NCBI GenBank assembly: GCA_009787085.1
Contig: WRGR01000045.1
Location: forward strand, 75-64,074
Length of the DNA stretch: 64,000 nucleotides
Direction of reading: 5' to 3'
Source of the DNA: Actinomycetes bacterium
GTDB taxonomy: Bacteria; Actinomycetota; Coriobacteriia; Coriobacteriales; UBA8131
The notes below the pieces were generated by a model. It saw nothing but the letters and a program-made list of their open reading frames with translations. It was not told where the DNA came from and made no database searches. This document shows positions 6,415 to 18,105 of this stretch, one piece after another; within the stretch, counting starts at the first letter, position 1, and the number at the start of each line of letters is the position of its first letter. The position numbers were made by a program, and so were the translations under genes.

Positions 6415-7719
6415 AGCATCTGTCTGGGAAGCAGCAGCAACACCTGCCTCACGGGTAACACGAACCGCAACTAAACAGACAGAGGCACAAGACATGCCAA
6501 TACCACCAACTATCAACAGCCAGTCAATGGGAACCAAGTCGGCAAGCGGGCCAAAAAACGCCATGCCAAGGGGCATAGTAAGTGACCCGATCATCATGAA
6601 CACCGAGAGCACCCGTCCCATGAAATCCGGGTCGGTCTTCTCTTGAAGAATAGCCGACATAGGCGAGTTGAAAAATGGCATGATGATGCCGATGACCCCC
6701 ATACAGGCCAGATAGATCCAAAAGCTGTTGAGAATCCCTAGCCCCACAGCACCCAAACCGAAGGCCAGCGAAGCGGATGCCATGGTGAAAGTACGGTTCT
6801 TAAAGCCGCCCCATACCCCAACAATGACACCGCCAAGCATCATCCCCACTGAGAACACAACCTCCACAGCGCCTAGGCGCCAAGCATCTGCGCCGAACTC
6901 TCGAACAACCTGCAGAGGCGGGAGAAAAGCAGCTGGCACAGCAAAAACGTTAAAGACGATGCCTATGACCAAAAAGGCCAGAATGAATTTCCGATGTCGC
7001 ATATAACGCAGACCAGCTGTGAATTCAGAGAAAAAGCCCGGTTTGGGTGTTGATGCTGCCAACTCTACATCAGCGTTGGAATCGGTCGCCGAGAGGGCAG
7101 CACTTCGCCGCCAGCCCCTATGGGTGCGCACACAGAAAAACACGATGGAAATGCCGATAACAGCAGTCGCCACGTCAACATACATCAGCGCCTGAACTGG
7201 AAAAAACGATAACAATCCCGCCGCTGCCATCGGTGAGGCGAATGTTGAGAGCGACTGGATAGCAGAACTGAAGCCGTTTACCCGAACCAGCTGGTCAGCA
7301 GGAACAATGTCAGGAAGGATGGCAGATACTGCAGGCAGTTGGATACCCTGTCCAAAGCCGCGCACCAACATACAAACGAAAAGCAGTCCCAACCACTGAA
7401 TACCAGCCGAGAATAGAAGCGCCATAACCAAGGTCACCAAGGCAATGACAGCATCAACGAAGTTGATGAGGTATTTACGGTTATAGCGGTCCGCCCATAC
7501 GCCGCCAAGGGGTGACGCAACGGCCATGGGCACCATCAAGGCGATAGTGAAGAGCATCAGCACGATGCCTGACTGCGTTTGCAGTGTCACATACCAGCTG
7601 ATGGCATAGCCGGTGATCATCGTGCCGAACAATGTGACTGCTTGGCCCACAAGGAACAAAGCGACGGTTCTTTTCCAAGCAGGAGAAAGCGCCCCTAGCT
7701 CTTGTTTTTCACTAGCCAC
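6406..7719 (-). CDS. MFS transporter (MFS_3 / EntS-Mef-like efflux family)
   Basis: 437 aa with about 12 predicted TM segments. The motif GGVWADRYNRKYL after TM2 is typical of this MFS subfamily. Confidence 0.8.
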   Translation of the reverse strand: MASEKQELGALSPAWKRTVALFLVGQAVTLFGTMITGYAISWYVTLQTQSGIVLMLFTIALMVPMAVASPLGGVWADRYNRKYLINFVDAVIALVTLVMALLFSAGIQWLGLLFVCMLVRGFGQGIQLPAVSAILPDIVPADQLVRVNGFSSAIQSLSTFASPMAAAGLLSFFPVQALMYVDVATAVIGISIVFFCVRTHRGWRRSAALSATDSNADVELAASTPKPGFFSEFTAGLRYMRHRKFILAFLVIGIVFNVFAVPAAFLPPLQVVREFGADAWRLGAVEVVFSVGMMLGGVIVGVWGGFKNRTFTMASASLAFGLGAVGLGILNSFWIYLACMGVIGIIMPFFNSPMSAILQEKTDPDFMGRVLSVFMMIGSLTMPLGMAFFGPLADLVPIDWLLIVGGIGMSCASVCLVAVRVTREAGVAAASQTDALR

Positions 7720-7798
7720 TGCCAGCCTTCCCTATGCCACCCCGCATGTCTGTTGCCACAGTCACACCCCCTTGCCTGCTTTACTGTATGTGAAAGGC

Positions 7799-8146
7799 TT
7801 ATGCTGTTGCTAGCGGCTCAATGATCACCGCTGTGCCATAGGCCACTACCCCGCCGGCTGTCTGCGCCATACTCTCGGTGTCAAAGCGCATCATTACCAC
7901 TGCGTTGGCACCCAGTTGTGACGCATTGGTACGCATCCGCATCATGGCCTCAGCGCGGGTCTCTTCGATAAGCTTTGTAAACGCAACCAGCTCGCCACCG
8001 ACCATCGACTTAAAACCTGCTCCCATGGTCGAGAACATATTGCGTGAACGGCTTGTGCAGCCAAAGACCCCACCGAGGGTGCGCACGGTACGGTAGCCGG
8101 CAACGTTCTCAGTGGTGACAACGAGTATCTGCTGAGGGTCAATCAT
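7799..8146 (-). CDS. YbjQ/UPF0145 family protein (heavy-metal-binding-like domain)
   Basis: 115 aa. ILVVTTENVAGYRTVRTLGGVFGCTSRSRNMF...GGELVAFTKLIEETRAEAMMRMRTNASQLGANAVVMMRFDT matches the conserved YbjQ pattern. Confidence 0.8.
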   Translation of the reverse strand: MIDPQQILVVTTENVAGYRTVRTLGGVFGCTSRSRNMFSTMGAGFKSMVGGELVAFTKLIEETRAEAMMRMRTNASQLGANAVVMMRFDTESMAQTAGGVVAYGTAVIIEPLATA

Positions 8147-8323
8147 GTTTTACTCCTTCGCCCGGTTTTCATTGCACACCCCGTGCAATGTTTAGCGTCA
8201 ATTTTAGCATTTTCCAGCCCTGACTAGACTTAAGCCATCAACAACAGCCACCCACAAATACGCCCAGATTACCGCATGATAGAAGACAGCCATAATGGCA
8301 CCACACGAGCTTGGGGAAGTGAA

Positions 8324-8569
8324 ATGCCAGATATCGGAGCAATCAAAAATGAGATACTACTGCTGCTGGATTGCGAGGAGGCTGCACACGGCAACCAACA
8401 AAGATTCCTCTTCACGCTGCTAGGCGATAGAGGCGACGACGATCTGGTCAGGGCCGAGTCCCTCGGTGGGCCTTTCTCTGCCGTAGACCTTGGGATCGTG
8501 AAATACCACTTCGAAATCGGCGTTGGCCGGGAGGGCCGACAGGGGCAGCAAACTTTCTGCTGGGCGTAA
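8324..8569 (+). CDS. Hypothetical small protein (81 aa)
   Basis: The internal ATG of ORF 8276..8569 is preceded by GGGGAAG. The sequence MPDIGAIKNEILLLLDCEEAAHGNQQRFLFTLLGDRGDDDLVRAESLGG... contains no domain I recognise. Confidence 0.35.
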   Translation: MPDIGAIKNEILLLLDCEEAAHGNQQRFLFTLLGDRGDDDLVRAESLGGPFSAVDLGIVKYHFEIGVGREGRQGQQTFCWA

Positions 8570-8624
8570 TGTTCACGGGTGCACTGAGTGAGCTTGGTCT
8601 GCTGGTAAAATAGTGGAGAGCAGC

Positions 8625-8726
8625 ATGGCTGTCGAGCGAAACTTCGAGATCCCGCTGCGAAACGGAGTAAGGCTTTGCGCAGGTGTTGCCCCGTCCGACG
8701 ATTCGACCGACTGGGGCTGTTGCTAA
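8625..8726 (+). CDS. Hypothetical 33-aa peptide ending in DWGCC
   Basis: Below the ORF-track size cutoff, so read by hand: GGAGAGcagcATG, then MAVERNFEIPLRNGVRLCAGVAPSDDSTDWGCC and TAA. Its stop lies 13 nt before the next ORF's ATG, and the SD AAAGGAG for that next ORF overlaps this peptide's stop codon. Confidence 0.3.
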   Translation: MAVERNFEIPLRNGVRLCAGVAPSDDSTDWGCC

Positions 8727-8739
8727 AGGAGCTGGTAGA

Positions 8740-8967
8740 ATGCAAAAGTACGAGGTTATTCGGGAGATGTTCAACCCTTGCGGTGGCGAGGCCCCAGGGA
8801 AGATCGACCTGCTGGAAATTGAAACTGAAGATATTGCCCAATGGCTGGCGTCTAGGTTCAGCAAGGAACCAGCATCCATCGAGCACTTAGAGAACAGAAA
8901 AGGCGCGATCATCTACAACGTATACATTGGCGTAATGCGGGAACGTTACAGCTTTTCAGCCATTTAG
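8740..8967 (+). CDS. Hypothetical small protein (75 aa)
   Basis: The internal ATG of ORF 8683..8967 has a good SD (AAAGGAGctggtagaATG). The sequence is MQKYEVIREMFNPCGGEAPGKIDLLEIETEDIAQWLASRF.... It looks like a conserved small protein, but I cannot name a family. Confidence 0.5.
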   Translation: MQKYEVIREMFNPCGGEAPGKIDLLEIETEDIAQWLASRFSKEPASIEHLENRKGAIIYNVYIGVMRERYSFSAI

Positions 8968-9190
8968 AGAAGTGCTGCCCTGTGCCCATGCTCGTCAAAA
9001 GCTTGGCCAAAATGTTTCTCTATGTTAACCACGTAATCCCGGAAAGTTAGGTATGCGGCATAAAGGGCTCGATCATCAGGGGCGCGCCCAATGCCTCGAA
9101 CAGCACACGCTGTCGCCCCGGCAGGTTGCTTAAAAGGTTGCGGCGGCTGGTCTGAAGCACGATCACGCTTGAGGAATTAGACCTTCTGGC

Positions 9191-12387
<3,197 letters not shown>

Positions 12388-12402
12388 TTAAAATTCCCTA
12401 AC

Positions 12403-12428
12403 CAATTTTCGTTCCCAATTTTCGTTCC
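12403..12428. repeat. 13-bp tandem duplication (CAATTTTCGTTCC x2) in the 5' region of the EFR1 gene
   Basis: The units lie at 12403-12415 and 12416-12428 and are identical. They start 16 nt upstream of the GTG start on the minus strand. Confidence 0.85.
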
Positions 12429-12548
12429 CGGCGCATTTTTCAAACGTTTACGATAACACGCAATGCCTAAAGAAGACAACCAAACTGGCAGACGGCGGGG
12501 GCAGCACCGGTCAAGGTGGTCAAGATAGGCTGAAACTACCCGCGCTTA

Positions 12549-12577
12549 TTGCAAGTCATCAAAAAATGCTGGATAAT
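12549..12577 (+). promoter_or_regulatory. Sigma-70-like promoter candidate for the Moco operon (TTGCAA - 17 nt - GATAAT)
   Basis: TTGCAA lies at 12549-12554, followed by a 17-nt spacer and GATAAT at 12572-12577, 60 nt upstream of the preferred moeA ATG (12638). The ORF-track start at 12566 would fall inside this element. Confidence 0.45.
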
Positions 12578-12637
12578 TGTAACTCTAGCATTATTCTGAT
12601 GTCAGTATATCTTGCAAGCAGGAATCGAGGCAGCCTA

Positions 12638-13933
12638 ATGAGCGGGTGCTACAAAGACCGGATTTTGATCAGTGTGGAAGATGCTCAAGAGATCATGCTT
12701 GGGCATGTGGCTGCTTTGGAACCAGAGCGCATCGGCATTGCTGAGAGCTTTGGCCGGGTGTTGGCGGAAGACATCGAAAGCGACATCGACATCAGTCCCT
12801 TTAGCAGCTCGGCAATGGACGGTTTTGCTATATGCTTAAGCCAGCTCACAGCCAGCCAGGCAAAGGCTGCAAATTGCGGCCAGCCCTTGCGTTTCTCGAT
12901 CATCGGCATTATCGGTGCTGGCGAGTCCTATACGCCTAGACTCTTGCCCGGTCAGGCCTTGCGCATCATGACCGGAGCACCGATACCCACCGGTGCCGAT
13001 ACCGTGGTGCCCATTGAAGAGGCCGAAGTCCTAGGAGAGTGTCCGGAGACACCAGCTGGCCTAGAGCTTGAGCTACATAACATGCCGGCTGTCGGCAGCC
13101 ACATCCGTGCTGCTGGCGAGGAAGCCCGTGCCGGCGATGTCTTGTTGCACATCGGCGAGACGCTGAGCGCAGCTGCCTGTGGGCTTTTGGCCGCTGCCGG
13201 GCACACCCGGACAAGCGTCTACCGCCGCCCCCGGGTAGCAGTTATCGCCACCGGCAACGAGCTGGTCGATGCCTCCGAGGTGCCACGCCCCGGGTTCATC
13301 CGCGACTCCAATAGTTTCTCCTTGGCCGCCGCTGTCATCGAGGCCGGCGGCATAGCCGACATCCTCCCGCGTCTAAAAGACGACGAGCAGAAGTTCGCAA
13401 CAGCACTCAGCGCGGCGGCAGCCAGCCACGACTTCGTGGTTACCAGCGGCGGGGCGGCCGAGGGCGATTTCGACTACGTCACCGCCACTATCCGCAAAAT
13501 CGGCCAACTCTATTTCAACAAGGTGAACATGAAGCCAGGCAAGTCCCAGAGCTTCGGCATGGTCAACGGAACACCGGTAATCGGCTTGGCCGGCAATCCC
13601 TCTGCCGCCGCTTGTGGCTTTGAAATGCTGGTCCGACCCTGTCTACGCAAGATGCAGGGGCATTCTGCACTGTTTCGGCCAGTGGTGTGCGCCCGTTTGG
13701 CCGACGGAGTGCATAAGAAGCCGGAGAAACGCCGCCTCTACCTACGTGCCCGCCTCTCGGCTGACCCCAACGGCGGCTATCTTGTACTTCCCGACAGCCA
13801 ACAGAACTCGGCGCTTCTAGGCGGTCTGAACCGCGCCAACTGCCTACTGATTGTGCCTGAGGGGCTGCAGCCGGCCACAGTCGGCAGCGAGGTGAACTGT
13901 GTGCGCATCGACCTGGAAGCCGGAACCGTCTGA
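12638..13933 (+). CDS. moeA: Molybdopterin molybdenumtransferase MoeA
   Basis: ISVEDAQEIMLGH...DIDISPFSSSAMDGFA...LRIMTGAPIPTGADTVVPIEE...VAVIATGNELV...IRDSNSFSLAAAV...VVTSGGAAEGDFDYV...KVNMKPGKSQSFG matches the MoeA domain order. The start was trimmed to M25 of the ORF. Confidence 0.9.
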   Translation: MSGCYKDRILISVEDAQEIMLGHVAALEPERIGIAESFGRVLAEDIESDIDISPFSSSAMDGFAICLSQLTASQAKAANCGQPLRFSIIGIIGAGESYTPRLLPGQALRIMTGAPIPTGADTVVPIEEAEVLGECPETPAGLELELHNMPAVGSHIRAAGEEARAGDVLLHIGETLSAAACGLLAAAGHTRTSVYRRPRVAVIATGNELVDASEVPRPGFIRDSNSFSLAAAVIEAGGIADILPRLKDDEQKFATALSAAAASHDFVVTSGGAAEGDFDYVTATIRKIGQLYFNKVNMKPGKSQSFGMVNGTPVIGLAGNPSAAACGFEMLVRPCLRKMQGHSALFRPVVCARLADGVHKKPEKRRLYLRARLSADPNGGYLVLPDSQQNSALLGGLNRANCLLIVPEGLQPATVGSEVNCVRIDLEAGTV

Positions 13934-14940
13934 TGACCCACGACAGCCATGGCCGTAAGATAGACTACCTGCGCATCTCGGTCACCGACCGCTGCAACCT
14001 GCGTTGCCTGTACTGTATGCCGGATGAAGGTGTGGCCTTCAAGCCGCATTCTGACATCTTGAGCATCGAGGAGATAACGGCCTTCGTCGAAGTTGCCGCC
14101 ACCTGCGGTATCAGCCGCATCCGCCTGACTGGTGGTGAGCCTTTGGTACGCAAGGGCATTCTCGACTTGGTGGCCAACATCACCGCCCTGCCCGGCCTGG
14201 AGCGGGTTGCTATGACCAGCAACGGCATCCTACTTGCGCAAATGGCTGAGAGCCTGAAGGCCGCCGGCCTGAAACGGGTAAACATCTCACTGGACAGCCT
14301 TGATCCCGGCCAGTACGCCGCCATCACTAGACGTGGCCGCATCGACGACGTGTATGCCGGCCTAGAGGCTGCGCTGGCCTGTGGCTTTAATCCCGTGAAA
14401 GTCAACGTGGTGGTGGTACGCAGCCTACACCAAGACCTGCTGGCCTTCGCCCGGCTCTCACTTGACCGCCCTCTGCATGTTCGGTTTATCGAGTACATGC
14501 CGGTCGGCAACCCTTCGGGTGCCAATAGTTGCGGCTGGACGAACAGCGACACCATTCCCAATGACGAGATGGTCGAACAGCTCGACCGAGCCAGCCAACG
14601 TTTTGGACTAGGCAACTTGATTCCACTGAACAGCAAGCACGAACCCGAAGGTTGGGGACCCGCCCGTTACTACCAGTTACCCGGAGCTAGCGGCACAATA
14701 GGCTTCATTTCAGCGCTCTCCCGCCACTTCTGCGCGGAGTGCAACCGCCTCCGCCTGACCGCCGACGGCAAGCTGCGCCCTTGTTTGTTCAGCGATACGG
14801 AGCTGGATGTTCGTGCTGCCCTGCGGGCTGGCGACAAGGCGGCGGTAAAGGCAATTATCCAGACGGCCTTGCGCGTCAAGCCCAAGGAGCACGGAAACCG
14901 CATTGGCACGGAGCGCAACATGAGCCAGATCGGAGGTTAA
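13933..14940 (+). CDS. moaA: GTP 3',8-cyclase MoaA (radical SAM)
   Basis: Contains LRISVTDRCNLRCLYCMP (CxxxCxxC radical-SAM cluster) and a C-terminal second cluster, CAECNRLRLTADGKLRPCL. There is a TGATG overlap with moeA. Confidence 0.95.
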   Translation: MTHDSHGRKIDYLRISVTDRCNLRCLYCMPDEGVAFKPHSDILSIEEITAFVEVAATCGISRIRLTGGEPLVRKGILDLVANITALPGLERVAMTSNGILLAQMAESLKAAGLKRVNISLDSLDPGQYAAITRRGRIDDVYAGLEAALACGFNPVKVNVVVVRSLHQDLLAFARLSLDRPLHVRFIEYMPVGNPSGANSCGWTNSDTIPNDEMVEQLDRASQRFGLGNLIPLNSKHEPEGWGPARYYQLPGASGTIGFISALSRHFCAECNRLRLTADGKLRPCLFSDTELDVRAALRAGDKAAVKAIIQTALRVKPKEHGNRIGTERNMSQIGG

Positions 14941-14946
14941 GCGCAA

Positions 14947-15636
14947 ATGACCAAAAACCAGCCGCAGATATCCCAGCACAACCCAGAGGACACAATGACC
15001 AGCCACGCAGCAGCCGGAGGGCAGCCGCCGAGCTGCAAGCCGACGCACAAGGGACAGCCGACTGGCTTGCAGCTCGACCCGGCTGGCACACAGCCCAGCC
15101 TTAGTCACATCGATGCCCACGGTGCGGCACACATGGTGAATGTCGGCCAGAAGGCCGAAACCGAACGGCTGGCAGTGGCCGAAGGCTTTATTGCCATGGC
15201 ACCAGGAACTTTGACGATGATAGTTGCAAACCAAGCAGAGAAAGGCGACGTGCTGGCAGTAGCCCGCATCGCTGGCATCATGGCCGCCAAGCAGACAGCA
15301 GCGCTGATACCGCTTTGCCACCCCCTGAGCATCACCAAGGTCAGCGTCGAGCTAGAGCCAGTGCAAGCTGGCGAGCGCGACGACGGCCAGGTGGGTATCA
15401 GGGCCACGGCAACGCTCGGCGTTTTTGCCAAAACCGGCATCGAGATGGAGGCCCTATGCGCTGCCTCGGTGGCCTGCCTGACAGTCTATGACATGTGCAA
15501 GGCGGTCGATCGCGGCATGCAGATCAGCGACATCCGTCTGCTCCACAAAAGCGGTGGCAGCAGCGGCATCTGGGAAAGAGAGCCGCTTCAAGCCCCCGAG
15601 ACCGGCCAAACCCCAGAAAGCAAGGTTGAACAATGA
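14947..15636 (+). CDS. moaC: Cyclic pyranopterin monophosphate synthase MoaC, with an N-terminal low-complexity extension of about 60 aa
   Basis: The core is [29 protein letters not shown]...[29 protein letters not shown]...[26 protein letters not shown]. The SD GGAGG lies 10 nt before the ATG at 14947. Confidence 0.9.
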   Translation: MTKNQPQISQHNPEDTMTSHAAAGGQPPSCKPTHKGQPTGLQLDPAGTQPSLSHIDAHGAAHMVNVGQKAETERLAVAEGFIAMAPGTLTMIVANQAEKGDVLAVARIAGIMAAKQTAALIPLCHPLSITKVSVELEPVQAGERDDGQVGIRATATLGVFAKTGIEMEALCAASVACLTVYDMCKAVDRGMQISDIRLLHKSGGSSGIWEREPLQAPETGQTPESKVEQ

Positions 15637-16103
15637 GCATCAAATTAGCCATCATCACCTGCTCCAGCAGCCGCAGCTTGGCTGAGGACACAGCCGGAGC
15701 AGCCCTGTCCGAACGCATCGCCGCAGCCGGCTGGCAACTGCTGCGACACGTGGTGGTGGCCGATAGGCTTGAGGACATTGCCACGGCCATCGTCGATGCT
15801 GCCGATCAGGGCACAGACATCATCCTGACCTGTGGTGGCACCGGCCTGTCGCCGTCGGATGTCACCCCAGAGGCCACGGCCGCAGTTTGCGAGCGCAATG
15901 TTGGCGGCATTGCCGAGGCGATGCGCGCCGAAAGCCTGAAGATCACCGGACGGGCAATGCTCTCCCGCGCCGTTGCCATGCAGCGTGGCCGGGTCTTGGT
16001 CATCAACTTGCCGGGCAGCGAGAAGGCCGCCCTAGAGTGCTTCACTGCAGTTGCCGACCAATTGGAACATGCCGTGCAGATGAGCGCTGGCGGCGGCCAC
16101 TGA
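15633..16103 (+). CDS. MogA/MoaB-family molybdenum cofactor biosynthesis protein
   Basis: 156 aa. [11 protein letters not shown]...[21 protein letters not shown]...[14 protein letters not shown] is the MoCF_biosynth fold. There is an ATGA overlap with moaC. Confidence 0.88.
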   Translation: MSIKLAIITCSSSRSLAEDTAGAALSERIAAAGWQLLRHVVVADRLEDIATAIVDAADQGTDIILTCGGTGLSPSDVTPEATAAVCERNVGGIAEAMRAESLKITGRAMLSRAVAMQRGRVLVINLPGSEKAALECFTAVADQLEHAVQMSAGGGH

Positions 16104-16148
16104 GCCACGGAGGGGTCGGCCTCACGCCACATCGCGCCGCGCCCAGAG

Positions 16149-16218
16149 CGGCGGCGGTCAAGCCACTGGGCGCCCCCCTACGTCACGGCGGCGGTCAAGC
16201 CACTGGGCGCCCCCCTAC
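16149..16218. repeat. 33-bp perfect direct repeat (period 37 bp) spanning the stop codon of the histidine kinase gene
   Basis: CGGCGGCGGTCAAGCCACTGGGCGCCCCCCTAC occurs at 16149-16181 and 16186-16218. The second copy contains the kinase stop (16215-16217) plus 29 nt of 3' flank. The mogA 3' end (GGCGGCGGCCACTGAG, about 16089-16105) resembles the first part of the unit. Confidence 0.9.
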
Positions 16219-18023
16219 ATCATCACATAAAGCGAAACCATGAAGACACCGTTGGCGGCCTCGATCTTCATCGAACCGTCATAGCGCTCGACAATCGTCT
16301 GCACCGAAGACAGGCCAATGCCTCGCCCCGGACGCTTACGGGAGTAGAAGCTGTTGTCTTGGCGCCGATAGTAGCCATCGAAGCTGTTGTCAACGGTCAG
16401 AGTCAGGCGACGGGCAGGAGCTTGGCAACGCATACGCACAAAGCGTTTCGACTCCGGCAAAAACGCCGTAGCCTCGATGGCATTCTCAAAGAGGTTGCCG
16501 AAGATGATGCTGATATCGCTCTCCGAAACTGCACCCAGCTCAGCGGGAACTACCAACTGCAGGTCGGTATGGATGTTATACTCCGCTGCCATAGCCATGT
16601 AGTGTGAGAGCACGGCGTTGACTACAAAGTTGTCGGTTAGCAACATCAAGCTCAAGTTCGGGGCCGCGCCAGCGATCTGGTCGATATATTCAAGCGCCTC
16701 GTCAGTGTCGCCGTCTTTCAGATAGTCGCGTAGAACAAACAGCTGGTGGCGCATATCGTGGCGCATCGCCCGCACTTTCTCCGTCGACTCCGTCAGGTTG
16801 TGATATAAGGTGCGCTGTCTGTCCAAATTCTGGCTGATCACCTCGACCTCCATAGCCAGCTCTTTGGAGCGCTGGGCGTCTTCGAAGGTCTGCCGAACAG
16901 TACGCCAGCCTAAAATTGCCAGCCAGAAGATGAAAACGAACAGGCCGACCTGTAAAATATTGATACCCAAAGGTGCCTTAACATACATCGTATTCACCAA
17001 GTCGGCGATGACAAACAGCACTAGCAGCACACAGGGGAAGACCAAGCGCTTGGCGATCGGATTATGAAGCACATAGTATTCGTAAATCACATCTGCCATA
17101 AAAATTACTAAATAGAACGGTATATATATGCGCACTGCCACCCGGCTAACGGAAAAAGGCAACACCCCAGTAAGGTGCAAGACGATCAGCAGGATGGCTA
17201 AAACACAGGCTGTAGCGGAAAGGATACGCAGTAAGGGAAAGCCTTCCGAACGCATGATGATCTCCCCAAAAGAGATCATCGGTGCCACAATAGACAATAG
17301 GCCGATAAAACCTAATGAGTAAAGCACCGATGCGAACGGTATGAGATAAATCACCAGATCATTGATGCAAAAACTCCAGATGCCGGCAGCCAGACAAAAC
17401 GCTCCCAGAAAACCAAAAGCCATAGCCGGCGGCATGCTCCTAGTGATCAACAAGGAGATGCCGACCAGCGAGGCCCCACCGAACAGCAAAATCAAGGCCA
17501 GTGCCAGCGGCAAGCCGTTGGCGGTGAACAGCTGAAAGGAAAGCATGGTCGGATCACCAACATAAAATACCGGCAGCTCCAAAGAGTGTGCCGATTCGGA
17601 CAAGGTAAACTCAAAACGCAGTGTGCGCTCAGCGTTATTGTTAGGCAAAGCCACTGTGCCGACATACGGCGGTGGCGTTCCTTGGAAGTCCGGATAAGTC
17701 CCCTTCTGACCGGGTTGAGCCACTACATTATCATCGACATATATTTTCAGGGAAGCGTCCTGCACTTTGTAAAGCAAGCTGTCATGCTTATAGCTGCTAA
17801 TGTTGCTGATCAATACCAGCTTGTCCCCCGGCCGCAGTCCCTCCACCACAGTTGGCAGACGAGCCTCTTGGGTGCTGCCGTTCGGCAACATCAAAACACC
17901 GCTGCGAATAGAGCGCAGTTCGCCGGAGCTGTACAGAACATTGCTCCGGCTTGAAAGCGCAAAGCCCACAATCAGGCTCAACAGCACCAGCATCAACACC
18001 ACATAGGCAAGCATGGTTACCAT
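16215..18023 (-). CDS. Sensor histidine kinase (GHKL, HATPase_c_5 / LytTR-partner type) with a large extracytoplasmic domain and a multi-TM block
   Basis: 602 aa. It has an N-terminal TM, about 150 aa of non-hydrophobic sequence, about 7 TM helices, the phospho-acceptor region VRAMRHDMRHQLFVL, and the ATPase motifs NLFENAIEA ... GRGIGLSSVQTIVERYDGSM. Confidence 0.85.
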   Translation of the reverse strand: MVTMLAYVVLMLVLLSLIVGFALSSRSNVLYSSGELRSIRSGVLMLPNGSTQEARLPTVVEGLRPGDKLVLISNISSYKHDSLLYKVQDASLKIYVDDNVVAQPGQKGTYPDFQGTPPPYVGTVALPNNNAERTLRFEFTLSESAHSLELPVFYVGDPTMLSFQLFTANGLPLALALILLFGGASLVGISLLITRSMPPAMAFGFLGAFCLAAGIWSFCINDLVIYLIPFASVLYSLGFIGLLSIVAPMISFGEIIMRSEGFPLLRILSATACVLAILLIVLHLTGVLPFSVSRVAVRIYIPFYLVIFMADVIYEYYVLHNPIAKRLVFPCVLLVLFVIADLVNTMYVKAPLGINILQVGLFVFIFWLAILGWRTVRQTFEDAQRSKELAMEVEVISQNLDRQRTLYHNLTESTEKVRAMRHDMRHQLFVLRDYLKDGDTDEALEYIDQIAGAAPNLSLMLLTDNFVVNAVLSHYMAMAAEYNIHTDLQLVVPAELGAVSESDISIIFGNLFENAIEATAFLPESKRFVRMRCQAPARRLTLTVDNSFDGYYRRQDNSFYSRKRPGRGIGLSSVQTIVERYDGSMKIEAANGVFMVSLYVMM

Positions 18024-18105
18024 GCTGATAAAACCCCGTCTGCCACCTCTGTTCCGTACCCTTTTTATCGGATCATTCCCTGCCGTTGTTCATTCCCCCA
18101 TCAAA

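Noticed and set aside
8269-8886. 205-aa and 154-aa minus-strand ORFs covering the small-ORF cluster
   Set aside because: They have a Ser/Arg/Pro/Cys-rich composition, no SD and no motif. They lie antisense to three SD-led plus-strand ORFs, so they are most likely non-coding frames.
9061-9183. 40-codon GTG-initiated frame just downstream of ligA (…LQTSRRNLLSNLPGRQRVLFEALGAPLMIEPFMPHT)
   Set aside because: It has no SD, uses a GTG start and has no recognisable family. It could be a gene remnant, but I cannot support it.
12388-12637. Moco riboswitch upstream of moeA/moaA
   Set aside because: I looked for the conserved Moco-motif elements in the 250-bp leader and could not recognise them. An Infernal scan with the Rfam Moco model would be decisive, and I make no claim without it.
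14947-15140. N-terminal extension of MoaC as a mis-called start
   Set aside because: The ATG at 14947 has a strong GGAGG SD and sits 7 nt after the moaA stop. I therefore kept the extension as real rather than trimming it, and I do not consider it functionally remarkable.
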